Source: Amoebophrya sp. A120 (taxonomy: Eukaryota; Protista; Dinoflagellata). From it: a stretch of 64,000 nucleotides of DNA. This document shows, piece after piece, positions 36,950 through 49,366 of the stretch (position 1 is its first letter; each line of letters opens with the position of its first letter). The notes under the pieces were generated by a model, which did not search any database, was not told the DNA's origin, and saw only the letters and a list, made by a program, of their open reading frames with translations. Position numbers and translations under genes: made by a program. The DNA is taken from positions 2,461,151 to 2,525,150 of the forward strand of contig CAJINV010000007.1 of NCBI GenBank assembly GCA_905178155.1, written 5' to 3'.

Positions 36950-37836
36950 AGTGGGGGAAAGGAATTAGAACCGTTCTTGTGAAAAGGAGCAAGGGCAGCT
37001 GTCACAAACCTTTGCTCGCATTTCAGAAGATGCTGATGTAGTCGTGGTGGTTTTCGTGAGTTTGAGTTGAGTTGAGAAGTAGTGTACTTTTTACGTTGGC
37101 TTTGGGTTAGAAGATTGATTGAAATGATGTTGGGGTGCTATCTTGTTTTTCTGAGACCTGTTTAAAACGAGTTACATCCAGTACCCATTTTGCGAAGAAA
37201 GATGACGAAACAACCAAAACGAGCGATATGCTTCACATAAAACAGACGAAGTAGAGGAGGACGAATATGAGACACTACATCGCAATGTTGTACGAACCGA
37301 GGACGACAAACAAAACGAAGAAGCTCCAGCTATGCTACGAGAACCGATCAAGAACATGGTGGAGAATTCAAAGCGACAAATGCACCAAAAACCGATTCTT
37401 TCTGTTGACGACGGACGTCCAAGAACTAGGACAGACTTTTTCTTTTTCAACCAAAACCAGAAGTAGGCAAAATCTGAACTGAGGACTACGTTTGATAATT
37501 CTTGGAGCAACAAGTTGTACAAGACCGAGAACATTTGGGGTAGTACGAGAATACTTCTATTTTCCGTCCACGACACTGGAAACATTGTTGCGGATGGTCA
37601 TGATGATCCTGGTCACGGAGATGGTGCTCCCCGCCGCCGCCCTCACAACAACTCCATCATGATTTGTTATGGTGTATTCTGATGTGTGTCTTTCTTATTC
37701 TTTGATGCGTCTACTCATTATCGCCACTTGAAATCCAATCATACAAAACTACGTTCGTCCTTCTGTGCAAAGAAAGTTAGGAAACTTAACAATTCAACTG
37801 GATCAAAACTAGTACTTACGTCCTCGAAGAAGTGAA

Positions 37837-40800
37837 TCATTCAATAAAAACCTGTGTTGCGGGCACAGCGACGATGCCGATGAGGAGTACGATCGGAAGG
37901 CCTAACCTTGGAAAATCATTGAACGAGTACCCGCCCGCCGCGAACGCCATCAAATTTGTCTGGTACGACACCGGGGACAGCATTTGGCACCCCGCCCCAA
38001 TCATCAGAATCGTGACCGCTCGGTGAACGGAAACGCCTAGGCTTTGCGCCGCGTCCAAGCACACCGGGAAGATGAGAATCACGACGGCCGTCGCGTGAAA
38101 GACGATTCCGAGCAGGACGGTGACCAGATAAATCCCGATCAAGAGCCCGGTTTCCCCGAACGGGGAAAGTGCCGTCGTCACTCCGGAGGCAACCAGCAAC
38201 GCGACCTTCGTCCGTCCAATCGCGTCGCCCAACCCGAAAGCGCCGACGATGGTAAGAACCGTCCGGAGTTTGACGGCCGCGATCGCCTGATCTTTCGACA
38301 AACACTTCGTCGCGACCAACGCGTAAGCCGCCGCCATGGACGCGGACAAAAGCGGGATTGTGTCGGTGGAGACGGAGAGGATCATAACTGCTAAAATCAA
38401 CAGAGACGCGGCTTGTTTCTGCTGTCGCTCGTCGTCGAAGAAGGTGCGAATTCTCGCCAGCAGCGAGGGCTGTTTCGAAGTCGATACAGAAAAATCTTCA
38501 CCCGCCTGCTCAAGTTGCTGCAGATTCTCCAAGGAAGATGCGGAGTGCTTCACTTCTAGGGCTCCTGCGTCGGATGTTGGGTCGTGCGCCTGATTTTCAT
38601 TCCTCTCGTCCAGCTTGTCCTCCGCGAGGAGGTCGCCTTTCAGCTTCACCTTGTTATAACTACCCTGCTCAACATTTTTGCTCTCGTCCACCCGGCCACC
38701 GCCTGCGTGAACAAGATTCTTTACTTGACTCGTCCGACCCGCACTGGTGCTCTTCCGCTTTTGTTCCTTTTTCGCTTTTTTTTCCAAACTCGTCGAGGAC
38801 TCAATCCCGCCGTCCAAGCTCGGCTGGTACAGTGCCCGAACGCCGAAAAACTCGGACGACCCGACATGCCGCTCCGCAAACCCCTCCCGGGCTAGCACGA
38901 GAAGCGTGTCGCCCAGCTGGAACTTCCGGCCCTTCAGCTCCATCGCGGCGAATTCCTGCACCGCCTTCGCGATTTTCGTTTTGTCCGGTGTCGGGCCGAA
39001 CAGGGCGCCGCGGAGGGACTCGGTTAGGTAGAGTGGTCGCACGGCCAACACCTTGGCACCGTAGTTCCGCCGGACCTGGTCGCTGCACATGGGCTGTTGC
39101 AACAGCGGGCAGGCGGCATCGAGGACGATTTCCGCGATTTCCATGGAGTCCGCGAGTCTGTGGACCACCGGGTCGCCGACGTCGCGGCAGAGCACGTGCA
39201 AGCCCGCGTTGCGGTGGATCGCGACAACCTGCGCGGCGGAGGTGTACATGTGCACAATGTCGTAGTACTGGAAAGTAAAAGACGATTGCTGTTGGGTCGT
39301 TTCTGTCGTGGGGGAAACGCCCACCGTGCCGGCAGTTGAAACGCCCCCGGCCCCGGCGGTGTGCTGCTGCAGTTGTCCTGTATTCAACGCACTAGATGAC
39401 GCGCCGGTGGTGGTATTACTAAAATTCACCTTCTGCCCCAGCCTCTCGACCTGGATGACCTCGTTCACCGATTTCAGGAAATCGCACTCTGCCAGCGTTT
39501 TCCCAAGGTACTCGGGGGAGGACATCTGCACTGAGAGCAAAAATCGCTTCGTGTCTTTCCGCTCACGCGGTGGAGGTGGTGGCGCTGCTGCAGCTCCTCC
39601 GTGGCTGGCAGTTGAATGCTTCTCCACCTGCTTTGCAGCGGGTTTCGAAATGCTCGCGGTCTCGTCCCGCTTATTAGAGGTAGTCGTGTCTCCTTTCGTA
39701 GCTGTACCGGAGCTCTTGAAGAATGCGTCAACGCCGGCTGCCATGCTGTTATCAAGTAGTGGCTGCTGCAACTGTGGTCCCGCCGTAGCGGCAACCACAC
39801 CTACCCGCCGGGCCTCCTCCTGTTGTTCCGCCGCGGCCATCAGATGATCCCCCGCTGGCGTTTTCAAATAATCCGACGGCGTTAGCATCTGGGTCGCAGC
39901 GTCGTCGTCTTCCACAGCAAAACTCGACGTTCCAGCGTCGTCGTCGCACTCAACCTCTGCCAAATCCGGGAAGAGCTTCTCCATCAATAGTAACACCGCG
40001 AGCAGGGTCACCGCGGTGGAGCACAGCGCGACCGGCGCGATCTCGAAGGTGCCGAAGGGCTTCTGGTTGTGCTCGATCATCAGACCCTGCGCGATCAAAT
40101 TCGACGAAGTTGCGAAAATCGCAACCGTTCCGGAAATCAACAACACGTAGGACAATGGCATCAGAAACATGTTCTTACTGATCCCGATTTGCTGGCTCCA
40201 CTTTTCCAGTATCGGCGTCAAAATCGACATCACCGCCGTGTTGCTCATCCCGACGTTGAGAACGATTGCGGGAAGTAACAGCCGTAGAGTGGCTTCCTTG
40301 AACTTTCCCTTCGGATTCCCCAACACGGTGGAAAAAATCCGCTCCACGCTGCCCGTTTGCTCCACCCCCTGCGCCACGACACCCAAAACCGCGACGGACA
40401 GAACCACATTGTTCGAAAATCCCGCCCACGCTTGCTCCAAGTCCAGCACCCCGACGAGGCAGAGCCACAGCGTTGCGAAAATCAGCGTGCCGTCCGAGGG
40501 CCAGCCGGTGACGAGTAGACGCAGAACCACCGCGGTGGTCCAAATCGTCAGCCAGGGCTTCCAGGAGGGAATGGGCAGATTTTTGTCTTCGGGGTCGAGT
40601 GGCTCTTCACCGGGAATGGCGACAAAGTCGGCATCTTCGACAAATAATTTGCACAAGTCGTTTTGCCAGCCAACGAAACAGAGAATCGCAGCCATGATGG
40701 GGAAAAGAACGTCGATGGAGAGGATTACGTTGAGAAACAAATCCTGTACGGTGGAGGAGAGGAAATAAGTACAACTGCTTGTTGACAAGAACTCTATCTG

Positions 40801-43497
40801 GTCACCAGCACCATACTCCTCATCGGTCAGCACAGATTCCTGGTACAACAGGACTTCGCCGGCGCGTGCTCTCCTTCTTGTCATGATTTCTTGTTGATTG
40901 TACAGCTCCACTCCTTCAAGAGCATCTGTAAAGTCAGTGGAACCTTGCGGAAGAATCTGTTGGTCCACCTCATCCTCGTCTGGCATATCCGCGATTTGAA
41001 AATCTGGTAAGATCTGGTCATTTACCGCAAACTGCGAGCGCGGGTCCCGCGTCGGCGGCCGCCAGTGCCACTTCTCCAGCAGTTTTGCAATCTGTGCGCC
41101 GGTGGTGCCGACTTTCGGTTTCTTGCTCGTAGTTGATGTTGTTGCGTCAGGAGGAATGGTTTGAAGGAGGTTGTTGACGCCGTTATTGTTGCTACTGCTG
41201 TTGTTGTTTACCAGTTTGCTCATCATTGTACTACTCCCTTGATGATATCCTGGCTGGCCGACTGTTGGCGTTCCCGGAACGGTTGTACTACCACCGGGCA
41301 CTGTAATGGTTTGGGTCGACAACCGTAGCGATGTCATCAGACTCGTCGTTTTTTGTGCTAGCAAGGTCAATTGCGGGACACCACCAGCGGGACCTCCTCC
41401 ATGCGGTTGAGGACCTTGGTCAACATCTGCCTGCTCCAGAGTAGTTGCGATTGCAGCCAAATCCATCGTCGAGGCCCGCTCGAGAAGTGGAGGGATTTCG
41501 GCTGCCCCAGCCCGATCTGAAGCGGGTGACTCTGTGCCCGGATTAGAATTACGTTTTCGTGGCAGCACGTTGGCGTCGTTTTTGCTCAGAATCTTTTCTC
41601 CTGCAGCTCCAGCTTCTGCATAAAAATTGTTGAGCAACAAGCCATTTGAAGACAAGTTCCCCAGTGAGTCATTGGGAACCAACGGCGCCCGGGGCCCTTC
41701 TCCTGCCCCTGTCGCGTCTTCGATTTGATTCGACGGCCGCGGAAAACTGGGACGCTTCGACGTGGTAGTAAACCGGTCTTTCAGTTTGTCGAAAACCTTC
41801 TTCGCCGCTCCTTTACCAATTTCTGTCGGCGTTCGCATGCCCGTCTTGCGGTGGTTTGGGTTATTTCTGATGTTGTACTCTCCAGCACCATTGTTGAGAA
41901 ACAACCTTGCGGCGGAGGGAACAGATTGAACAAGCTCTTTGAGTGGAAACAACCGCTGTTTCGCGCACCCAATCGCTGTCTTGCTCAAAGCGTCCAGGAC
42001 GTCTTTCTGGAGGCTGACAAGCTTGCTTTTGCTGGTCTTCAATTGTTTCTCTTTCTTGTCGTTGATGATGTTGTCCCCGTCATGTTTACTGTCTTCAAAA
42101 AGGTCCCGATCGAAACCGCTTTCGCTGCTATCCGTCGGCATTATGGACAGCGCTCCTACTACACTACCGGTGGGATTCTCAACACCTTGAATTGCTGGAA
42201 CCGCAGCCAGTTGGGACGATGAGCCCATGTCTGCAATGCTAAGATGCTCTACTTCTTGTGTGCCGGCTGCACTGCTACCTGCTCTACCACCAACATTCGT
42301 GATCGCGACTTGTTCCGTTTGCGCTTGCCTCCGCACCGCGAGGACTTTCAAATGCTCCCTTCTCGCGATTTCCTTGTCGAATTTCTTCAAGATCTTTCGC
42401 ACCGCGGTGCAGTTTGTCTCCGCAAACTTGATCAGCCGATCAATTTTTGCGCCAAGCTCGTGCCCGGCTCGTCGCGCGGCCTCGAGGTCTTTCGGGGAAA
42501 AACGGAAGAAACCGTTCGTGGCTGCTTTCACTTTCGAGCTGGAAAATGACCCTGCACCAACAGACGTGCTATACGACATTGAAAAATTTGTATCGTTGCC
42601 GTTATTGTTCCTCACTTCGTCGTGGTAGTAGTTCGCCAAAACAACACTACCGCTGCGCGCACGGGAGAGTTCGTGTGATGTGGAGGGTCTTTTATTCTGA
42701 TTGTTCTCTGCAGCAAAAACCCCCTCCTCCACGCTCACATTGCTCCCCCGCGGAGGCAACATCACACTGCTGGTGACCGTCAGTGCGCTGCCCAGGGCGC
42801 CGAACTCGTCCGCGCCACGTCGGCGCTCGCTGGAGGACCGGCCGAGGAGCGTTGTAGTACCATCATCATGGGTCGTAGTACCGGAGGAGCGAAGCGTCTC
42901 GAAGTTGTTGTAACCACCGGTGTGATGATGCGGATCTTCGTTGGAGGAGAGATAGAGATAATCCGCATCCGCAACTCCTGGTGGTGCACCAGTCCCACGA
43001 GTGGTGGATGACGAGTGCGGTCGCTTTTCAGAATGATCATGTTCTTGGTCTTGAACAGGTTCATGATTTGCCGAAACTACTGGGACCACATTGACATTGG
43101 TAGAAGTCGAGGTCGCGGCAAGGTGAGGAATTCCGGTCTCCCTTGTTGCGCCATCATGATCTCGATCACGCAGCTTTCGTTCTCCTTGCTCCTTTGCAAG
43201 AACATTATTCCCAACTAGCGCCGAAGTTTGTGGTGTCCTCCCACCTGCGGGGGCACCACCTGACCGCTCCAGCACCCGTGCCCATTTCGCGACACTGTCC
43301 AAAAGCCGGGCTTCTTGGTGCTCGTAAAATCTGGTGAACCGTAAAATGTTGTTGCCGAGTTCCTGAAGAAACCGCTCGTGGTAGGAGAGGTCGCGGACCA
43401 TCTCGCTGATGTAATCCTTGAGCACCTCATAGCTCACGTAGTAGGCGCGCCACTCGATCACCCGGTCGCGAACGAGTTGCTCGCCGAAGGCGACCAT
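37837..43497 (-). CDS. SPX domain + SLC13/DASS-type permease with TrkA-C-like loop, intronless
   Basis: N-terminal MVAFGEQL...EWRAYYVSYEVLKDYI and FAETNCTAVRKILKKFDK (SPX). Permease motifs AWAGFSN, MSNTAVMSILTP, LMPLSY...SSNLI and SPVSYQTNLMAFAAGGYSFNDFPRLGLP. Confidence 0.9.
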   Translation of the reverse strand: MVAFGEQLVRDRVIEWRAYYVSYEVLKDYISEMVRDLSYHERFLQELGNNILRFTRFYEHQEARLLDSVAKWARVLERSGGAPAGGRTPQTSALVGNNVLAKEQGERKLRDRDHDGATRETGIPHLAATSTSTNVNVVPVVSANHEPVQDQEHDHSEKRPHSSSTTRGTGAPPGVADADYLYLSSNEDPHHHTGGYNNFETLRSSGTTTHDDGTTTLLGRSSSERRRGADEFGALGSALTVTSSVMLPPRGSNVSVEEGVFAAENNQNKRPSTSHELSRARSGSVVLANYYHDEVRNNNGNDTNFSMSYSTSVGAGSFSSSKVKAATNGFFRFSPKDLEAARRAGHELGAKIDRLIKFAETNCTAVRKILKKFDKEIARREHLKVLAVRRQAQTEQVAITNVGGRAGSSAAGTQEVEHLSIADMGSSSQLAAVPAIQGVENPTGSVVGALSIMPTDSSESGFDRDLFEDSKHDGDNIINDKKEKQLKTSKSKLVSLQKDVLDALSKTAIGCAKQRLFPLKELVQSVPSAARLFLNNGAGEYNIRNNPNHRKTGMRTPTEIGKGAAKKVFDKLKDRFTTTSKRPSFPRPSNQIEDATGAGEGPRAPLVPNDSLGNLSSNGLLLNNFYAEAGAAGEKILSKNDANVLPRKRNSNPGTESPASDRAGAAEIPPLLERASTMDLAAIATTLEQADVDQGPQPHGGGPAGGVPQLTLLAQKTTSLMTSLRLSTQTITVPGGSTTVPGTPTVGQPGYHQGSSTMMSKLVNNNSSSNNNGVNNLLQTIPPDATTSTTSKKPKVGTTGAQIAKLLEKWHWRPPTRDPRSQFAVNDQILPDFQIADMPDEDEVDQQILPQGSTDFTDALEGVELYNQQEIMTRRRARAGEVLLYQESVLTDEEYGAGDQIEFLSTSSCTYFLSSTVQDLFLNVILSIDVLFPIMAAILCFVGWQNDLCKLFVEDADFVAIPGEEPLDPEDKNLPIPSWKPWLTIWTTAVVLRLLVTGWPSDGTLIFATLWLCLVGVLDLEQAWAGFSNNVVLSVAVLGVVAQGVEQTGSVERIFSTVLGNPKGKFKEATLRLLLPAIVLNVGMSNTAVMSILTPILEKWSQQIGISKNMFLMPLSYVLLISGTVAIFATSSNLIAQGLMIEHNQKPFGTFEIAPVALCSTAVTLLAVLLLMEKLFPDLAEVECDDDAGTSSFAVEDDDAATQMLTPSDYLKTPAGDHLMAAAEQQEEARRVGVVAATAGPQLQQPLLDNSMAAGVDAFFKSSGTATKGDTTTSNKRDETASISKPAAKQVEKHSTASHGGAAAAPPPPPRERKDTKRFLLSVQMSSPEYLGKTLAECDFLKSVNEVIQVERLGQKVNFSNTTTGASSSALNTGQLQQHTAGAGGVSTAGTVGVSPTTETTQQQSSFTFQYYDIVHMYTSAAQVVAIHRNAGLHVLCRDVGDPVVHRLADSMEIAEIVLDAACPLLQQPMCSDQVRRNYGAKVLAVRPLYLTESLRGALFGPTPDKTKIAKAVQEFAAMELKGRKFQLGDTLLVLAREGFAERHVGSSEFFGVRALYQPSLDGGIESSTSLEKKAKKEQKRKSTSAGRTSQVKNLVHAGGGRVDESKNVEQGSYNKVKLKGDLLAEDKLDERNENQAHDPTSDAGALEVKHSASSLENLQQLEQAGEDFSVSTSKQPSLLARIRTFFDDERQQKQAASLLILAVMILSVSTDTIPLLSASMAAAYALVATKCLSKDQAIAAVKLRTVLTIVGAFGLGDAIGRTKVALLVASGVTTALSPFGETGLLIGIYLVTVLLGIVFHATAVVILIFPVCLDAAQSLGVSVHRAVTILMIGAGCQMLSPVSYQTNLMAFAAGGYSFNDFPRLGLPIVLLIGIVAVPATQVFIE

Positions 43498-44204
43498 GGT
43501 TTTGTACTGGAGAAAAATGGGAAATAAAGGCTGAGGCCAGCAGCCACTCTGGGTGTAAACCAAACAACTGGCGAAACAGCAATAATTTTTTTTTGTACTT
43601 GTTTTCTGTAGTTCAGCCCGAAGGCGCCTCAACAAACTCATTGTCATAATTCGCAACCACACTCAGAGATGAAATAGACCAGCTCGAAGATCGCGTCTGA
43701 CACTGACACTCAGGCGTACTAGCTGTTACTTGTCAGAAGTTTCTCGCTCCATCAGGAAGTTAAGAAGTAGTAGTACTAAGGACGACACTTGACTCAACAC
43801 ACAAATGATATGCATCACGAATCACGTCTTCTTCTTCAGATAAAACAAGAGTTCGCTGAATGTGCAGAAAGTCATGACACATCAGAAGCCATCAATTTAT
43901 GATGATGAAGAGACGCGTGAGTGGTCGTAATTCATTGTACTTTATGTTATTTTCTCCACGGAGATGCGCAAAAAGTAGAGGCCACGCCGGCCGCCAGAGA
44001 TTCAGTTCGTTTCTTTATTCTCCATTTTGTGATTGCTCTTGTCGCAAATTCAACTTTTTATCGTATTTTGTCACTTCTAGTGATGAAGTAGGTTCTTGTT
44101 GTATGCTCTATGTTGACACGTGTCGCTATCTATCGAATGAAATCGAAATCAATCAGATCCAAAGCCGAACATCGGCCGCATGTTGAATGATGTCCATAGC
44201 CCTA

Positions 44205-47200
44205 CTACAGATCGTCGTCGTCATCCAGCCTTCTGATTTCCTGGTACTGCAAAAGCATCCCCGGCACGCGTGCCCGTTTTGCCTCCTCCTGCTGCTTCTG
44301 CAGTCGCATGGCCTCGTCCCGGGCCGCCCGCCACTCCTCCTCGGCGCCGCCGAAGACTTTTACTTCCTTCAAGAAATCCGAAACGTGGACGGAGAACTCG
44401 TTTGCCTGCTGGCACGTATTGAACAATCCGAGAACCATATCGCAAGAAAAAACTGCTTCACTGTGAACTTGTGATGCAGAAAATGGAGCACAGAACTATT
44501 TGTCTTGCTACACCTACAAGACACTGGATTTTCAAGCGTGTTTTCCCTTGGGAAACGCGCATGGCAAATTTTCTGTGTCATGTGTAGCAAACTTGTGATG
44601 CGATTCGTACAAAATCATCACAGTGAAGCAGTTTTTTCGTGGGATAGACAAAGGTTTCAATTTGCGTCTGGTTCAACGTATTCGGAAACGTATTCTGGAA
44701 GAAATCGACTAACAGCTGCATGCACTCCTTTATCCAGGAAAAAACACCCATCCCCATCCATGTTTTGCATGACAAATAGTGGACTTTATGCATGTTTTGC
44801 ATCACAAATTGGATGGGGATGGATGTTTTTTCCTGGATATCCTTCTGCGAGAACGCGAGCGGGTTTTTTGTCCTCGCACCGTCAGAAGGTACTAGGTTGG
44901 AAGAGGATGCAGCTGGGTCGTTGGTCAGCGAGAGAGCCGCTAAGCCGCCAGAACCGGGCTGCTGCGTGGACGCGAAGCCTCCTGGACCTAAGCCAAGTGG
45001 TCCTGCACCTGTGCTGTCGTGCGAAGCGTCGTGGCAGCCGCGAACCAATTCCAAAAAAATCTCCACCTGGTGTTTCAGCCCGCTGGTGTGCATGGTGTCG
45101 GTCAGAATCCCCAGAACCGCATTCAAAATCAAGGCATAAAACTCGCGAAAGAAGGGCTTCGACGCTTCCGGCGGTAGGGATTTTAGCACCTGCTGCAGAA
45201 ACTGCGAGAGAATCTGCAGTGCGGTTTGCGACACGACGGGATGTTCGTGCTTCATACCCCAGAGGAGGGAATTCAGGTACAACCGCATCATGTCATCGCG
45301 CAAGCTGAACAGAGAGCTGAAGCAGTCACGGTTCACGGCGGAAAGGAGGTCGAACCTGTCGTGATAGATCAGTGATATAATTTGTTTCGCAGGTGGACGC
45401 GTCGAAAACTCGAAAAGACAACGAAGCAAAGCTGCTGAAAAATTCGAAAGAACAGAAATTGGCAAAATGAAAATCTAGATCTATGTCTATCACTATCTAT
45501 CATGATTCCATCTGACTATCATTCCATCTAACAAATGAAGGACGAAGGTAGTACAATTTGATCCGATGGTCTGGGAAGCTCTGCATGTCGCTCTCCAGCA
45601 TCCGCAGCGTCGGCGCGACAATCATGTCGAAGATGCGCGGCATCTCCGTTGATATCGGCTTTCCCAACTGCGTCACTAACGTTGTCAGCAAATCCAGCAC
45701 TTCCGCGTCCCGCGCTTCCGGCACACCATTTTGGTAGTCCTGCAGCACCGGCTCGAGCAAAGGGGGGACGACGAAGGTCGCGACCTCCTGCTCCAAGGCA
45801 GCGGGATCTTGCTGTAATTGCAGGAACAGCTGCTGGGACTGCTGCGTGGTGTCGTTCGGGCCGAAGGTGTTCAGGTCGGCTTGCTGCTCTGCGGCTAGCG
45901 CGGTTGCGGAGCACTTCTTCAGGTACGTGGTCACCAGCCTTAGGGTTGCGCGCTTCGCGGTTCGCATCTGCCGGACGTTGGCGAGCTTCAAGGCATTCGC
46001 GCCGGAGTTGCTCATATTCGGGTGCATTTGTATCATTTCCGCGGTCTTCTGCCCAATGTACTGCGAGAATAGCTTGTAGAGCTGCAGTGAAGAGCTGTAA
46101 ACCGCGCGAAATTGCTTGGTGAAAGCTAGGCCGACGGTCCCGGCAACGCGCTCATTCAAACGGAGGTACTGAAATTTATTTGTGGTTTTTGATATTTCCG
46201 GACCCGGAGTTCTTTCTGCATTCTTTTATATCTAGCATGCGTCGTGAAGGAGAAGGACCCAAAGTCGAAGTTGTCAACTTGCAGCCAAGAAGCTGAACTA
46301 TTTACTGTCACTAACCAAGAAATTCTACGTTTAAGTTAATCCGACGCACCAGTTGTATCTATACCAACGCCGTTCGCTTGAGTTCGTCAATGTTTTCGCA
46401 GAGGCTTTTCCCTTGGTCAATCTGGATGTGCCGGATGGTATTGACGAAGATGTCGTTGAAGATAGAGAGCAGCTTTTCCACATACTGCTCCCGGTCCACA
46501 GGCCGCGCGGCGCCGATCATCATGCCAATGGACTCGTAGTAGGTGGTGATCAGCAGGTGGTCTAGGTCGTTGATGTTGGATTTTGTCATCTCCAGAAGTT
46601 CCACCAGAAACGGTTCCGCCGCGTCCGGCTGGGTCGTCACAAACTTTTTCTTGCACCTGATAACGTAAAAGTTCAGGAAAACAGTAAAGGTAATATGATC
46701 TATTTACACAGAAAAAAATTATTCATGACAGCACTGATAACTAAAAGTGCTATTAGTTTATCAGTAACGTCGTGATCCTGAATAAGGCAGCAGAATCGAA
46801 AGACATTGTCGCAGTGGAAGTGATAGCACGATTGAACAACAAGTTGCGCAGTGCTTTAGTAGCTGAATCAGTTATGTACTTTTGCGTGATCCGCAACAGT
46901 GTGTCCACGGCCATTTCCTGCACGCCCGGAAAGGACTCGTGCATGAACTCGATCAGCTTCAAGATCACGGTTTTCAGAAATCTCCAGTGCGCCCGCAAGA
47001 AGGACGGATACTGCCCCACCACGTACATGATGTTGCTGGCCACAATCGCTTTGTTTTCCTTCCCCCGCTTCAGATCGCACAAGGCCAGCAAGTCCTTGAT
47101 CACGGACACGAGAAACCGTTTTTCGTGGTTCTCAGAGAGAGCCCCCGAGACGGACCCGATCGCGTAGCACAAGCGGTTCAGGTTGCCGGGCGACCACCGG

Positions 47201-49366
47201 TTCCGCAACGGATTTTGGCCGCCGCCGCCGCCGGGTCCGGGCGAGGGCTCGCTGTTCATGCTGTGCGCCAACTGCGCCTCTTGGGAGAGTTTTTCCAGCA
47301 TCAGCTTGTCCATGTGCTCGGGATTCAGGTGGCAGAGGTACACCAAGATCCCCCGCATCATCTTGTACAGCGCGAGTTCGTCGGTGTCGTCCTCCGCCTG
47401 CCGGACGATGTGCCCCTCCTCGTTCTCCCGGATGGTGACCTCCGGCGGCTTTACCATGCGCAGCACGAGGAGTTCCCGCACCCGAGATAAGACCGGGGAG
47501 AACCGCTTGAGTTTGTTGTCGTTCAGCTCTGTGCGGATCACGTCCTGTGCGCTGTCGCGATGCTGCGTCCGCACTAGCATGCCGTTGATCATCGACATTT
47601 CGTCGTTTTGCAGCTCCGGGATGATGTTGTTCCCGTTCTGCTCGCGGAGCCACGCGTTGCGACCTGGGGATATAGATGAGCAAGATACATCCAAATGAAT
47701 CTATCAAGAGGTTGACATGCATACAAGAACCAACCATCGCAAGATTGCAAAGCAATGCACATAAAAAGCATCAAGTACTCTGTTCCCCGTGTAAATATAG
47801 CCTCCCCGCGATCAAGTCCCAAGATTCGACGCAAAGTTTGAAAATCTCTTCATCCGGCACCGCGGTGACCTCGACCAAAAAGTTCAAGGCCGTTGACAGC
47901 GAATCCCACCTTTCGTCCACCGCCTCAAAGTGGTGCTTCAGAAACGACGTGACCAGCAGTGCGCACTGCTGGATCATGTGTGTGCTGAATCCGTCCCCCG
48001 CTCGCACCTGGTCGAGAATACCGTTCGGCAGTGTGGTTGCGATCTTTCGAATGGTGGCCACAAAGCACTCCAGCAGCTTATCCCGGTATTGCGCGGACGC
48101 CGTTGTCGCACTCGCAACACCCGCAGAGGCGGACATAATGGCCGTAGTGCTACTAGAAGAAAGCCCTGGCGTGGATTCCGGCGTGAGAATCGCGATTTCG
48201 TTCAGGCACAAGATGCACTCCATCCGAAACTCTATCGGGTCCCAAAAATGGTTGAACAAGATCGGAATCAAATCCGTCTCAAACACGTACCCGAGCGGAA
48301 TCCAGGACAGAAATTTGCTCAGCGTCTGCAGCGTCGTCTTTACCAGCGACGGTTTGATCGTCCCGGGCGCCTGCTGCACGAAGACTTCGAAGACAAACAT
48401 ACAGAGTTCGAACACCTGCGTGAACTGCTGCGAAAGGCTTGTTTTCAAGGTCAAAACCCGCTTACTCACCATCGTTTTCTCCCCGAAATCAAACACGTCC
48501 TCGGAGAGCATCGCTAGGATCTTCAAGTTGTTTTCACAGAGCGTTGGGTCCACCTTCGAGGCGCCGACGATTTCCGGAATGAATTCCGGCCAGTTGTGGG
48601 GCCAGTCCTGCCGCACGATGCAAACCAAAACCTCGCTCAGTTTCGTGACAAACTGCTTTTCCCTCTGGACCACCTCTGCGTTTCGGGAAACTTTGATCAG
48701 CAGATCCGTGACGAAGGCCTTGATCTGCTCCCGCGGCAGGTCCGGCAGCCGCCACTTCGACTTGATGCACTCCTCCAGCAGATTCAGGGCGAAAAATTTG
48801 CTCGCGGGGTTCTGCGACTTCGCCAGAATCGTGTCCACCAGGCGCCACGCGTCCGGTCTGTCCTTCAACTGGTGAAGGATTTCGTGCGCGAATTTCACGA
48901 TCTGCTTCTGGTCCTGCTTCGTCAAAGTGTGTGGGTTGAACGAGGAAGCACCACCAGGGTTTATTTGATGCGCTGGTAAACCTAGAGCAGCACCGCCACC
49001 CTGACCAGATGAAGCAGAGGAGGAGCTTGCGCCGCCTATCTGCAAATTCCCGCTCTCCATCGCCTTCACGATGATTTCGACGCTCTGGCTGTACATGATC
49101 TCCACCATAACGTCCAAAAGCTGCACTCGGTCGTCCCCCCAGGGTGTGGTGGTGTCGAGCAGAACAGTAGGGTCAAACGGGAGTTTGGACGTCGCGGGGT
49201 TCGGTTGGTGCTGGTGGAGCTGTATGTTAGTCATCGAAGATGGGAGAGGTCCGGTGCTGGAAGAGCTCGCACCACCTGCAGAGTTGTTAGTCGTAGTACC
49301 GACCGCACCGGGTGGCAACGAACCACCCGGACCCCCGCTCGCCGCAGGAGGTGGAGGCGCCATCAT
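44205..49366 (-). CDS. XPO1: Exportin-1 / CRM1 (7 exons)
   Basis: [104 protein letters not shown]. Four GT-AG introns and two introners. Confidence 0.97.
44438..44646. mobile_element. TIR introner family D, 209 bp, degenerate TSD (aacca/gacaa)
   Basis: tatcgcaagaaaaaactgcttcactgtga vs revcomp tatcccacgaaaaaactgcttcactgtga. Removing 44433-44646 gives IETFVLGLF. Confidence 0.9.
44731..44839. mobile_element. Minimal TIR introner, 109 bp, TSD TCCTT
   Basis: 30-bp TIR tatccaggaaaaaaca(c/t)ccatccccatcca. tcctt at 44726-44730 and 44840-44844. Confidence 0.92.

Noticed and set aside
47676-48875. Long plus-strand ORFs (also 34565..35350, 2515..3210, 58098..58904)
   Set aside because: Antisense shadows of GC3-rich minus-strand genes.
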